64,000 nt of DNA, taken from Flavobacteriales bacterium. Its GTDB lineage: Bacteria > Bacteroidota > Bacteroidia > Flavobacteriales > UBA7430. The position numbers were made by a program, and so were the translations under genes. Below, piece by piece: positions 36,959-47,234 of this stretch. The stretch is from NCBI GenBank assembly GCA_022425195.1, contig JAKMFX010000016.1, positions 11,831 to 75,830 on the forward strand. Reading direction: 5' to 3'. The first letter of the stretch is position 1. Each line of letters starts with the position of its first letter. The notes under the pieces are model-generated. The model searched no databases. It saw only the letters and a list, made by a program, of their open reading frames with translations, and was not told where the DNA came from.

Positions 36959-37905
36959 AAAAGTTTACTTCTATAACAGATGTTAATGACCTTAAAAGTC
37001 TTTTAAGTATTGCTCAGGAGTTAAAGAGCAATCCATTTAAAAATAAGTTGTTAGGTGAAAATAAAACACTCGGCTTGTTGTTTTTTAATCCGAGTTTAAG
37101 AACTCGTTTGAGTACTCAGAAGGCCGCCATGAATTTGGGCATGAACGTCATTGTTATGAATTTAAATAACGATGGTTGGGCCATTGAATTTGGAGATGGA
37201 ACGGTAATGAATCAGGGTACTCAAGAACACATTAAAGAAGCCGCTGGAGTCGTTTCTCAATATTGTGACATCATAGGAATTCGGACATTTGCCTCCTTAA
37301 CCAATAAGGCTGATGATTATCAAGATTCCGTGCTCACTAACTTTATAAAGCACAGTACAGTTCCAGTAATCTCGCTCGAAAGTGCTACGTTACACCCTTT
37401 ACAGTCCTTAGCCGATCTCATAACGATTGCAGAACATAAAATCATTGATAAGCCTAAGGTTGTACTTACCTGGGCGCCACATCCTCGAGCGCTTCCGCAG
37501 TCGGTATCTAATTCATTTATTGAATGGGTTAAACAAACAGATGTAGATTTAACCATAACTCATCCCGAGGGGTATGAGCTAAATGAAGAGTTTACCCAAG
37601 GCGTTGAAATTTCTTATGATCAGGAAAAAGCATTTGAAAATGCCGATTTTATTTATGCAAAAAATTGGTCCTGCTATCGCGATTACGGAAAGACGCTCAA
37701 TAACTTAGATCACTGGGTGGTTAGTGAAGAGAAGATGAAACTAACCAACAACGCAAAGTTCATGCATTGTTTACCTATAAGACGAAATGTGGTTGCAACC
37801 GATCAGGTGTTGGATGCTCCTTCTTCATTGGTTCTAGAGCAAGCAAACAACAGAACCTTTGCAGCACAGGCCGTTTTATTAAAAATGTTACGTGATGAAG
37901 ACTAA
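36955..37905 (+). CDS. argF: N-acyl-L-ornithine carbamoyltransferase (argF'-type, AOTCase/SOTCase clade)
   Basis: 316 aa with SLRTRLSTQKAA, HPLQSLADL and HCLP. It is closely colinear with my recollection of Bacteroides fragilis ArgF'. Confidence 0.85.
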   Translation: MKKFTSITDVNDLKSLLSIAQELKSNPFKNKLLGENKTLGLLFFNPSLRTRLSTQKAAMNLGMNVIVMNLNNDGWAIEFGDGTVMNQGTQEHIKEAAGVVSQYCDIIGIRTFASLTNKADDYQDSVLTNFIKHSTVPVISLESATLHPLQSLADLITIAEHKIIDKPKVVLTWAPHPRALPQSVSNSFIEWVKQTDVDLTITHPEGYELNEEFTQGVEISYDQEKAFENADFIYAKNWSCYRDYGKTLNNLDHWVVSEEKMKLTNNAKFMHCLPIRRNVVATDQVLDAPSSLVLEQANNRTFAAQAVLLKMLRDED

Positions 37906-38674
37906 ATTAACCGTCATCAAAATAGGCGGTGAAATCATAAATAACCCAGAACAATTACAGGCATTTCTAGGCGATTTTAGTCGTCTTAATGAGCCTAAAG
38001 TTTTAGTTCATGGAGGGGGCAAAATAGCCACTGCCTTGAGTGCAAAACTCGGTATTGAAACCCGTATGCAAGAGGGGAGACGAATTACCACCAAAGAGAA
38101 CTTGGAGGTAGTGACCATGGTTTATGCCGGACTCATCAACAAAAACATTACGGCATCACTTCAGTCTCAACAATGCAATGCCATAGGTTTGTCTGGAGCA
38201 GATGCGAGTGTGATTGTTGCCTCGAAGCGACCTTCAAATCCCTTGGACTATGGATATGTAGGAGACATACAATCCATCAACTCGAAGGTCATTGATACCT
38301 TCGTTCAAAGTCAAATGGTTCCTGTTTTTTCTGCGATTTGCCATGACGGTAAAGGACAGTTGTTGAACACAAATGCAGATACCATTGCCACAGAGATTGC
38401 CATAGCAATGAGTGAAAAGTACGATACAGAATTGATTTACTGTTTTGATAAGAAAGGGGTCTTGATGGACGTGAATGATGATGATTCTGTTGTCGAAAAA
38501 ATCAATACAGATGTCTATCGTAATTTACGAGAAAAAAAGGTAATTCACGATGGCATGCTTCCCAAAATGGAAAATGCATTTCATGCTTTGAATCATAAGG
38601 TATCAAAGGTAATGATTGGAAACACCGATTTTATCAAGGACAGAACAGAAGCGCACACGCTTTTAACACTTTAA
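37892..38674 (+). CDS. argB: Acetylglutamate kinase
   Basis: 260 aa with VIKIGGEII, VHGGG and LNTNADT. Confidence 0.9.
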   Translation: MMKTKLTVIKIGGEIINNPEQLQAFLGDFSRLNEPKVLVHGGGKIATALSAKLGIETRMQEGRRITTKENLEVVTMVYAGLINKNITASLQSQQCNAIGLSGADASVIVASKRPSNPLDYGYVGDIQSINSKVIDTFVQSQMVPVFSAICHDGKGQLLNTNADTIATEIAIAMSEKYDTELIYCFDKKGVLMDVNDDDSVVEKINTDVYRNLREKKVIHDGMLPKMENAFHALNHKVSKVMIGNTDFIKDRTEAHTLLTL

Positions 38675-38676
38675 TT

Positions 38677-39732
38677 ATGAAAGAACAATACCAAATAGCT
38701 GTTGAATTGCTTCAGAAATTGATTCAAACACAGTCATTCTCTAGTGAGGAACACAACACCGCTGCCATTATTGAAGACTGGTTGGAGGATCATGGAGTGT
38801 CTTTTAACAGAACCCAGAACAACATATGGGCAGTCAACAAATACTTTGATGAAAATAAGCCTACCATCTTATTGAATTCTCACCACGATACGGTAAGACC
38901 CAACAAAGGGTATACCAATGACCCTTACGATGCATTTATAGAAGGTGATAAGTTGTTCGGATTGGGCAGTAATGATGCGGGTGGATGCTTGGTGAGTTTA
39001 CTATCCACTTTTGTTCATTTTTATGAACAAAAAAACATGAAATACAATTTGGCAGTTGCGGCGACTGCTGAGGAAGAAAGCTCAGGACCCAACGGGCTCA
39101 ATAGCATTCTGGAAATCCTTCCAGAAATCGACTTTGCCATCGTTGGAGAGCCGACAGAAATGCATTTGGCGATTGCTGAAAAGGGTTTATTGGTCATCGA
39201 TGCTTACGCCAAAGGAATTCCTGGGCATGCAGCTCACGAAAATACAGTAAATGCAATTACGAATGCCATTAAAGACATCGAGTGGATTAACAATTACAAA
39301 TTTTCTAAAGTATCTGATCAGCTTGGAAAGGTGAAAATGAGCGTGACTCAGATTAAGGCGGGAGAATTACATAACTTAGTCCCTGCAGAATGTCATTTCG
39401 TGATTGACATTCGAGTCAACGAAGCTTACAGCAACAGAGAAGTGTTTGAGATCATTTCCGAGAACACCCAGAGTGAATTGAAGCCTCGATCCTTTAAGTT
39501 GAATTCTTCATCGATTGATAAAGGGCATCCATTGGTGCTTGCTGGGATTGATATGGGTAGAAAGACCTACGGTTCACCTACACTATCAGATCAGTCGGTT
39601 TTGAGTTGTAACTCTGTTAAATTGGGCCCTGGAGTTTCATTGCGTTCTCACAGTGCCAATGAATATATCTTAGTCAGTGAAATTGAGGAGGGCATTCGTT
39701 TGTACAAAGAATTATTGAGTAAAATTTTGTAA
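38677..39732 (+). CDS. argE: M20-family acetylornithine deacetylase
   Basis: 351 aa with LNSHHDTV, GSNDAGG and EEESSG metal-ligand blocks. Confidence 0.8.
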   Translation: MKEQYQIAVELLQKLIQTQSFSSEEHNTAAIIEDWLEDHGVSFNRTQNNIWAVNKYFDENKPTILLNSHHDTVRPNKGYTNDPYDAFIEGDKLFGLGSNDAGGCLVSLLSTFVHFYEQKNMKYNLAVAATAEEESSGPNGLNSILEILPEIDFAIVGEPTEMHLAIAEKGLLVIDAYAKGIPGHAAHENTVNAITNAIKDIEWINNYKFSKVSDQLGKVKMSVTQIKAGELHNLVPAECHFVIDIRVNEAYSNREVFEIISENTQSELKPRSFKLNSSSIDKGHPLVLAGIDMGRKTYGSPTLSDQSVLSCNSVKLGPGVSLRSHSANEYILVSEIEEGIRLYKELLSKIL

Positions 39733-39743
39733 AAATAAGAGCT

Positions 39744-41024
39744 ATGAAACTTTGGGATAAAGGGTACACTACAAATAATATCGTTGACAAGTATACGACT
39801 GGTAATGATCGCGTACTGGATTTGAAATTGGCCAAACACGATGTTACCGGAAGTGTGGCTCATGCCAAAATGCTTCATAGTATCAATATTCTCTCTAAGG
39901 AGGAACTTGACGCTGTTTTAAAAGGCTTGTCTGAAATTCAAAAAACCATTGATGACGGAACCTTTATCATTGAGGATTCTTTTGAGGATGTTCACAGTAA
40001 AATAGAGTTCGAACTAGTCCAGAAAATAGGGGATGCGGGTAAAAAAATTCACACCGCAAGATCTCGTAATGATCAAGTCTTGTTGGATTTACATTTGTAT
40101 ACGAAAGCAGAAATCCTTGAAATGAAAGAGGGAGTGAAAAAACTCTTTGACACATTGATGGAACTAAGTGATAAATACAAAGAGGTATTGATTCCGGGTT
40201 ACACCCATCTTCAAGTGGCAATGCCTTCTTCATTTGGGCTTTGGTTTGCTTCTTATGCAGAATGTTTAATCGACGATCTCGTCCTTTTAAATGCTGCTTA
40301 CAAAATCAGCAATCAAAACCCTTTGGGATCTGCTGCAGGTTACGGTTCTTCATTTCCTATTGATCGAACAATGACCACAGAGCTCATGGAATTTGAAACG
40401 CTAAAATACAATGTTGTAGCAGCTCAGATGAGTAGAGGTCGTCTAGAGAAAACAACCTCTTTTGCCATGGCATCTGTTTCCAGTACACTATCTAAGTTAG
40501 CATCAGATGTTTGCTTGTATATGAGTCAGAATTTTAACTTCTTGAGCTTTCCCAAAGAGCTTACTACAGGCTCGAGCATCATGCCACACAAGCAAAACCC
40601 GGATGTGTTTGAATTGCTGAGAGCGAAGAGTAATAAGCTTCAAAACTTGCCCACAGAGATGATTATAATCACCAATAATCTGACCAGTGGCTACCATAGA
40701 GATTTTCAATTGTTAAAAGAAAATTACATGGAAGCCATAGACACCTTAAAAGACAATCTGGAGGTTACAAGCTTCATGCTGCATCATGTCATTGTAAACG
40801 AAAACTGTATTGATGATGCCATCTATGACTACATGTACAGTGTTGAGGAGGTCAATAAGCTGGTGATGAGTGGTATGACATTTCGAGATGCCTACAAGAA
40901 ATTGGGTGCTGAAATTTTCGACGGTGCGTTTCATCCCGATAAAAAAGTCATCCATTCGCATGAAGGTAGTATCGGTAATCTTTGTTTAAAGGAGATTCAA
41001 GAGAAATTTGAAGCTAATTATTAG
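39744..41024 (+). CDS. argH: Argininosuccinate lyase
   Basis: 426 aa with TARSRNDQV, GYTHLQ.A and the fumarate-lyase signature GSSIMPHKQNPD. Confidence 0.92.
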   Translation: MKLWDKGYTTNNIVDKYTTGNDRVLDLKLAKHDVTGSVAHAKMLHSINILSKEELDAVLKGLSEIQKTIDDGTFIIEDSFEDVHSKIEFELVQKIGDAGKKIHTARSRNDQVLLDLHLYTKAEILEMKEGVKKLFDTLMELSDKYKEVLIPGYTHLQVAMPSSFGLWFASYAECLIDDLVLLNAAYKISNQNPLGSAAGYGSSFPIDRTMTTELMEFETLKYNVVAAQMSRGRLEKTTSFAMASVSSTLSKLASDVCLYMSQNFNFLSFPKELTTGSSIMPHKQNPDVFELLRAKSNKLQNLPTEMIIITNNLTSGYHRDFQLLKENYMEAIDTLKDNLEVTSFMLHHVIVNENCIDDAIYDYMYSVEEVNKLVMSGMTFRDAYKKLGAEIFDGAFHPDKKVIHSHEGSIGNLCLKEIQEKFEANY

Positions 41025-41164
41025 CGGCTTACTTTAATTGAGCCTTATTCTGTAATAGAATGCACATAGCCTAAGAGGCATCTACCTGCTTTGGTATTGT
41101 TTTTGTTTTATCAATTCACAGATAAGACACACTCGTCTGCCAAGTATTGTTTTAAATTTAAGGT

Positions 41165-43684
41165 ATGAGACATTCACTTTTTCTTCTTACATTTTTTTTG
41201 TTTCAGAGCTACTCTGCGTTTGCGCAGAAGCATAAGGTAGATTCTAAACCTTATAATCATCGATTTTGTGCTGCGGATCACTTTCATGATCATAGAATGC
41301 AAACGGATAAGACCTACGCTTTGCATTACGAAAAGAGTCGAAGAGGCATGAAAAACGTTCAAAATACATCTTATCGTTTAGCTTCCGGTGTTTATCAAGT
41401 TCCCGTTGTAGTTCATATTATGCATAAGGGTGAGTCTGTGGGTATGGGGACGAATATTTCCGATGAAGAGGTAAAGGATGGTATACGTAATTTAAATAAT
41501 TTTTGGAGAAAAGTGTCTAAGTCTAATGGTGATGGAAATGGCGTTGACATGGAGATTGAATTTGCGCTGGCGGTTCAGGATGAAAATGGAAATTGTACCA
41601 ACGGTATTGTTCGCAAAGATATGAGTGCTGTAATTCCCTATGTTAACTTTGGGGTTAATGCAGATAATTCCGACGGAATACCAGACCATGATGATGATTT
41701 AGAGATTAATTCACTCAAAGAATACAGTCATTGGGATCCCACAAAATACTACAACATTTGGTTGGTGGATGAAATTGATAACAGTGATTGTTCGAGTGAC
41801 TATTTTACGGCAGGGTATGCATATTATGCTTCTTCACACGGAAAAGATTCGGATGGTTCTGTTGTTTTGTTCTGCTCTTTTACTGACGAATCTGATGTCA
41901 CCTTGGCTCATGAAATAGGGCATGCATTTAATTTGCCACATACCTTTGATGGTGATGAAAATGATGGAACCTACCAATGTGGCGATGATGGAATCGATGA
42001 TACTCCAAAACACATAAGAACCATGTTTATAGATGACTTGTATGAGGATTGTGATAATACGGATGAGAATTCTTGTGATCCAAACTTTAACATTCAAATG
42101 TCGCCAACGCATAAAGGGAACGGAACCCACCAGGACCATGTGCTTAATTACATGGATTATTCGGGCTGTGCGAGCGAATTCACCTATGGACAAAGAGTAG
42201 TAGCAAAGTCTGCCTTGATAAACGAAAGAGCTTCATTCCTCGGTGAAAATGGAAATAAAGCACTACTTCCTCCCGCAACACCTCAGGTAGGCTTCTCAGC
42301 TTCTTCCTCTGTAGTCTGCATGGGGAGTTCAGTAAGATTTACAGATCAGTCAACTTGTATTCCCAACAGCTATACCAATGAGGCTTTAGACGAGATTTCA
42401 TTCACGTGGATTTTTGATAATGGCATAAATACACCTATTCAATCTACAGATCAGAATCCCGAAATCATTTTTAATCATTCGGGTGCTTACCATGTAACTT
42501 TGGAAGTCACAAATTCTTTTGGCACGAGTCGTTTAAACCAACCCAACTTCATACTAGTTTCTGAATTACTCGAAGGCGCTTGTAGCTCATCGAGTTTAAA
42601 TCATAGTGGAGATTACGACCTGGGTGTAACCCTTGTAACTTTATATACACTAGACCATGCCACAAACACCTTTATACCGGAAAGTTCAATGCAAGATTTT
42701 TCCTGCTCTCAAAACACTATTTTAACTAAGGGAGCGCTTTACAATCTTAGTGCGACTTATGTGGCTGATGAATATGATGATCAGTTTCTAGAAATTTGGA
42801 TTGATTGGGACAATAGCGGCACATTTGATCTTGAAAATAACGAAGAAGTTAATGAACTCATCTTAAGTGATCAGATATCTAAAGGTAAAGAAGGATCGGC
42901 TTCAATAGATTTTATCATTCCCGTTGAATCTGTTGTCAATCGTCTTTTGCGAATGAGGGTGATTTCAAATTCAAGTGCTTCGCCAGAAGTATGTGGAAAA
43001 CAAGTAGCACAAAGAGCCGATGACTATGGTGTATTTGTAAGAGAAGTGATAAAGGGATGTATGAATGAGGTGGCATGTAATTATAATGAAGAGGCTATTG
43101 AGGAGAATGGTTCTTGTATTGTCCCCACATCTTGTGACTTATGTGATGCAGGTCAAATAAAAATAGACGCTTCTTTAGATGGGGTTTGTGAGAGTTGCCA
43201 AGATGGAGCGATCATAAGCAATGATGCTGATGTTGATGGCGTGTGTGATGCTGATGAGGTGGCTGGCTGTAAAGATGAAAAAGCCTGTAATTATGATCTT
43301 AGATCAACTACAGACAGAGTCGACAGTCTTTGTATCTATCCCACAGAAGTCTATTTAGATTGTTCTGGAGCATGTCTCAATGATGCTGATGCCGATGGTG
43401 TTTGTGATGAAGAGATGGGTGTTTACGAATTCGACGACTTAGGGCTATTGGTATACCCAAACCCTACTGACGAAATTCTTTATTTAATGAGTGAATTCGC
43501 TCACGAAATGATACATGTAGAATTGATGACGATTACAGGTAGATCAATTTCTGCCAGGGAATTGAAAAATATTGAGGGCAACACAGTTGTCGACTTGAGC
43601 GTAGGGCATTTATCGACTGGTTTGTATCTGTTGAAGGTATCTAACGATAAGCAATCGAATATTGTTCCTTGGATAAAAAAATAG
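41165..43684 (+). CDS. Secreted M43 (pappalysin/cytophagalysin-type) zinc metalloprotease with PKD, GEVED-like, Cys-repeat/TSP3-like and T9SS C-terminal domains
   Basis: 839 aa with signal peptide ...SAFAQ. The zinc site is HEIGHAFNLPHTF. A PKD-like block (VRFTDQS...YHVTLEVTN) and a WIDWDNSGTF...RMRV block are present. Residues GCMNEVACNY...DADADGVCDEE map to nt 43054-43415. The tail YPNPTDEILYL...GLYLLKV is a T9SS sorting domain. Confidence 0.8.
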   Translation: MRHSLFLLTFFLFQSYSAFAQKHKVDSKPYNHRFCAADHFHDHRMQTDKTYALHYEKSRRGMKNVQNTSYRLASGVYQVPVVVHIMHKGESVGMGTNISDEEVKDGIRNLNNFWRKVSKSNGDGNGVDMEIEFALAVQDENGNCTNGIVRKDMSAVIPYVNFGVNADNSDGIPDHDDDLEINSLKEYSHWDPTKYYNIWLVDEIDNSDCSSDYFTAGYAYYASSHGKDSDGSVVLFCSFTDESDVTLAHEIGHAFNLPHTFDGDENDGTYQCGDDGIDDTPKHIRTMFIDDLYEDCDNTDENSCDPNFNIQMSPTHKGNGTHQDHVLNYMDYSGCASEFTYGQRVVAKSALINERASFLGENGNKALLPPATPQVGFSASSSVVCMGSSVRFTDQSTCIPNSYTNEALDEISFTWIFDNGINTPIQSTDQNPEIIFNHSGAYHVTLEVTNSFGTSRLNQPNFILVSELLEGACSSSSLNHSGDYDLGVTLVTLYTLDHATNTFIPESSMQDFSCSQNTILTKGALYNLSATYVADEYDDQFLEIWIDWDNSGTFDLENNEEVNELILSDQISKGKEGSASIDFIIPVESVVNRLLRMRVISNSSASPEVCGKQVAQRADDYGVFVREVIKGCMNEVACNYNEEAIEENGSCIVPTSCDLCDAGQIKIDASLDGVCESCQDGAIISNDADVDGVCDADEVAGCKDEKACNYDLRSTTDRVDSLCIYPTEVYLDCSGACLNDADADGVCDEEMGVYEFDDLGLLVYPNPTDEILYLMSEFAHEMIHVELMTITGRSISARELKNIEGNTVVDLSVGHLSTGLYLLKVSNDKQSNIVPWIKK

Positions 43685-43865
43685 CGTTAACAGTCATTTT
43701 AGCTCCCATACTTTGTCAAAATAGCTGGTTTTGAGTAAATCCGTTAAGAAAATAATTAGAGACCTACCAAGCCCTTTAAATTTGTCTTGAAAAAAAGCTA
43801 ATTTTGTATTATCATTGTTAAAGCAGGTTTTCTGCATAATAACAATAAGGTGATAACACATATTA

Positions 43866-44645
43866 ATGCTTCATTATAGTACACATATTCTTAACGATAA
43901 AGTAGAGTGGGTCACTTTTATCCACGGTGCTGGGGGCAGCAGTTCTATTTGGTATCAACAACTCAGGGATTTTAAAAAGCATTATAATGTCTTACTTATC
44001 GACTTAAGAGGACATGGTAAGTCCAAAAGCCCCATCTATGAGAAACTTAAAGCCTATACTTTTGATGTAATAAGTGATGAAGTCATAGATGTTCTGGATC
44101 ATTTGAAAATTCAAAAAAGTCATTTTATCGGAATTTCACTTGGAACCATAATCATCAGAGAAATTGCTGAGCGTTATCCCGAAAGAAGCTCGAGTATGAT
44201 TATGGCTGGAGCCGTCATGAAACTCAACTTTAGAGGGCAGATTTTAATGCGATTGGGTGTTCTTTTGAAGTCTGTGATTCCCTATCTGTTGCTTTACAAG
44301 TTTTTTGCCGTGATCATTATGCCGAGAAAAAAGCACAGAGCCTCTCGGAACCTATTCATTAATGAAGCCAAAAAACTTTATCAGAAAGAGTTTAAGCGCT
44401 GGTTTACGCTTGTGTCTGAAGTCAATCCTTTGTTGGCTCTGTTTAGAATCAAAGATTCGGGCATCCCAACACTGTATGTGATGGGCGAGGAGGACCATAT
44501 GTTTTTACCCTCTATCACCAAACTGGTTGAAAATCACGCCTCCTCTGCACTTCATATTATTCCAAATTGTGGACACGTTGTGAACGTCGAGCAACCTAAG
44601 ATTTTTAATACCCAAGTTCTAAACTTCATCAAGACGATTCCCTAG
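43866..44645 (+). CDS. Alpha/beta hydrolase
   Basis: 259 aa with HGAGGSS, the nucleophile elbow GISLG and a late GH. Confidence 0.75.
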   Translation: MLHYSTHILNDKVEWVTFIHGAGGSSSIWYQQLRDFKKHYNVLLIDLRGHGKSKSPIYEKLKAYTFDVISDEVIDVLDHLKIQKSHFIGISLGTIIIREIAERYPERSSSMIMAGAVMKLNFRGQILMRLGVLLKSVIPYLLLYKFFAVIIMPRKKHRASRNLFINEAKKLYQKEFKRWFTLVSEVNPLLALFRIKDSGIPTLYVMGEEDHMFLPSITKLVENHASSALHIIPNCGHVVNVEQPKIFNTQVLNFIKTIP

Positions 44646-44647
44646 TT

Positions 44648-46234
44648 TTATTCCCTTACTGTGGTGATTTTAAAATCATCGTATTTGATGATTTGAACGG
44701 ACTGATTGCGTGCGCCATCTCTTCTTCTTCGCGGGGCATTAAAATCGAAATTCATATTTAAGAGATTCATGGGCTCAAGGTACACGCCTAGAGAAACTGT
44801 TCCGTATTCATTTAACATCGATAGGAAGTAGTAAGTGATGTCAAATCCTGCAAAGGCGAAACGTTCATTTGGAGCTTTCCGAGTGGATTCTTGGTAGTTC
44901 TTAACAAAGTAATGCGTCAAGGTGTCTTGGTAAGATAGAAATCCACTGTTGGGAATGTGTACATCTAAATTCATCAAATACGTGTAATCCAATTCTTTAA
45001 ATTTGTACCATTCTGCCATTCCGAAAACAATAAGAGAGCTGTCTCTAGTGGCATTGAGCTTGGTGAGAAGGTCTGTCACAAAAGCTTTTTCTGTGGAAGG
45101 GATTAAAAACACATTTTTAGCTGCCATAGAATCGATTTCATGATGTATGGAGTCGATTACGGCACCCTCTACGACTATTTCTTTGTAATTTGAGGCAGAA
45201 TCAAGATCAAAGCCAGAAAGCATCCTAGATGCGTTTATTTCATCTTCTTTGGTATTTCTTCTCACCACTGTGATGCATTGTTCTGCATAAAGCCCCGAAA
45301 TGTAATCCGAAAGATAGGTTACCTGTCTTTCGGAAGTCGGTATGACTTGATAAGCATTTGGGCTGTTTACCGTAAGATTATTTTTAGTAGATAGTGGGGC
45401 AATGATGGGGGTTTTTCTTCGGCCAAGTAGTTCAGCTGCAATTTTGAAGTTTTTTGAATAGAAAGGCCCCACTACGAGATCCATATCATTAAAAGCGCTT
45501 TTAGTAACCAAGTCAAAGGTTATATTCGGATCATTTTGGGTATCAAAAACGTGAACATTTATGTTCATACCAGCTTTGTTGAGACTGTCAATGGCAATTT
45601 TGGCTCCCGAATAAAAATCCAATGCATAATGTGTTTTCTTATAAATTTCAGTTTCATTGTCCAGGTCCTGGTAGACTTCAATCGTATCGTTTTTGTCAAG
45701 ATACAAAGGCAGTAAAAAGGCAATGTTGTAGGACTCTTTTCTACTGAATTTAGAGGTTCGGCTTTTGAATTTTTCAATAAATCTCAATCCATCCTGACGA
45801 ATTTCAATTTCATCTTCATAAGCATTTATGACCATAAAATCATCTTTGACTTCTTCTACAACCAACGGAATTTTGATGAAATTACCCGGTCTAAAGCCTT
45901 TTGTTAAAGTAGGGTTAAGTGCTAGTAATTCTTTTTCACCTATGCCGTATTTCGATTTCAAAGAATAGAAAGATTCAAGGGGTCTTACTTTGTGAAGTGT
46001 GTAGGCAATAGTATCAGAATTTTTATAGGTAGAGGGGATAAAGATGTTCATCCCTTGATGTAAACCTCTCTTTGCTTCAGGGTTCGCTCTAACAATATCT
46101 TGGATGCTGATGTTGTACTTCTTTGACAGGCTGTAAAGGGTTTCTCCATTTTTAACACCATGGTCGATTTGCGCCATTGCAAGTGAGCTCAGGCATAAGA
46201 AAAGGGCAATAAGAGCAAGTTTTAGCTTAGGCAT
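44648..46234 (-). CDS. LysM x2 plus periplasmic-binding-protein (type 1)-like domain protein
   Basis: 528 aa with a signal peptide and two LysM repeats (GETLYSLSKKYNISIQDIVRANP and ESFYSLKSKYGIGEKELLALNP). The remainder is PBP1-like. Confidence 0.7.
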   Translation of the reverse strand: MPKLKLALIALFLCLSSLAMAQIDHGVKNGETLYSLSKKYNISIQDIVRANPEAKRGLHQGMNIFIPSTYKNSDTIAYTLHKVRPLESFYSLKSKYGIGEKELLALNPTLTKGFRPGNFIKIPLVVEEVKDDFMVINAYEDEIEIRQDGLRFIEKFKSRTSKFSRKESYNIAFLLPLYLDKNDTIEVYQDLDNETEIYKKTHYALDFYSGAKIAIDSLNKAGMNINVHVFDTQNDPNITFDLVTKSAFNDMDLVVGPFYSKNFKIAAELLGRRKTPIIAPLSTKNNLTVNSPNAYQVIPTSERQVTYLSDYISGLYAEQCITVVRRNTKEDEINASRMLSGFDLDSASNYKEIVVEGAVIDSIHHEIDSMAAKNVFLIPSTEKAFVTDLLTKLNATRDSSLIVFGMAEWYKFKELDYTYLMNLDVHIPNSGFLSYQDTLTHYFVKNYQESTRKAPNERFAFAGFDITYYFLSMLNEYGTVSLGVYLEPMNLLNMNFDFNAPRRRRDGARNQSVQIIKYDDFKITTVRE

Positions 46235-46312
46235 ATGAATAAATGGTATTGGGCAAAAATAGGAAATTAATCATCAGAAAAAAGCAGCCTGATTTAGGTT
46301 TCTAATTTATGA

Positions 46313-46350
46313 CCACAAAAAAAATGCCGTCAGTTAAGACGGCATTTTTG
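46313..46350 (-). terminator. Intrinsic terminator after 46368..47096 gene
   Basis: On the minus strand the stem ATGCCGTC/GACGGCAT is followed by T8. Confidence 0.65.
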
Positions 46351-46367
46351 TAGAGAGTAATTTTGTT

Positions 46368-47096
46368 TTATTTGACAACGGTCATTTGTTTGGTCAGTTT
46401 TTGATCACCAGACACTAAGTTGTAGTAATAAATACCTGCCTCAAGATTCGAAGCAATCATCTCAACTTTATGAGACCCTGCATTAAAGTTTTTGTTAGCC
46501 AATAACATTACCTCTTGTCCGAGATTGTTATATAGACCAAGGTATACATCATTTTTTTGTGGTAAGTAGAAGTTTATTTCTGTCTGCACGGCCACTGGGT
46601 TCGGAACGTTTTGGAACAATTCTAACTCTTGTGCTAACACTTCTTGGGCATTAATTTCTGACACAATAGAAATTTCGTCTTTGTTGTAAGTGTCATCTCC
46701 TCTTTCAAAAGTAGAGACTTCAAGTGAAACCAATTCATTTTTTGATTTCTTCCACAGCTTAAGGTTGAACTTTTCTGCTTTTGCCAGTCCTTCCTTTTCT
46801 TTAGTGTATTCGTCATCACCCCATAGCGCAAGTCCGGTATGTTCCCCGACGTAAACAACGCTTGAAACCATATTTCCCTGTGAGTCGTATGCGGCAATTT
46901 CATCGCCAATCTCTGGCTTAGCATCTCCCCATGAAGAATCCAAGATTAACAGTGTGTGGTTTTCACCTGTATTGACAGCTTTTGCAAATCGTTTTGTATC
47001 AAATGTCTTTCGTAAGTCTTGCGCCATTGCATTTGAGGTAAATAAACCCAATGCGAATAAGAGGCTAGCTCCTTTGATCCAGTTAATTTTTTTCAT
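46368..47096 (-). CDS. Small T9SS cargo protein: one NTG...WGDD module plus T9SS C-terminal sorting domain
   Basis: 242 aa with signal peptide ...NAMAQ. The block NTGENHTLLIL...GDEIAAY...GLALWGDDEYT is homologous to N-terminal modules of the 55819 and 58980 proteins. The tail NVPNPVAVQTEINFYL...GIYYYNLV...VVK is a T9SS sorting domain. Confidence 0.7.
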   Translation of the reverse strand: MKKINWIKGASLLFALGLFTSNAMAQDLRKTFDTKRFAKAVNTGENHTLLILDSSWGDAKPEIGDEIAAYDSQGNMVSSVVYVGEHTGLALWGDDEYTKEKEGLAKAEKFNLKLWKKSKNELVSLEVSTFERGDDTYNKDEISIVSEINAQEVLAQELELFQNVPNPVAVQTEINFYLPQKNDVYLGLYNNLGQEVMLLANKNFNAGSHKVEMIASNLEAGIYYYNLVSGDQKLTKQMTVVK

Positions 47097-47234
47097 GATT
47101 TTTTTTGCAAAAGATGTGAATACTTGTTTTACGAATATACTATTTTTTTACTACTTCTTCGTTGTTTTGTGGTTTTGTTTCAATCTAAAATCAAGCCCTA
47201 GAGATTTGATGTTCAAAATACTTGATCTTACAGA

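Noticed and set aside
41834-42193. 119-aa minus-strand ORF and other antisense ORFs inside the M43 protease gene
   Set aside because: They are antisense to a CDS with an unambiguous HEIGHAFNLPHTF zinc site and a T9SS tail, and they have no motifs of their own.
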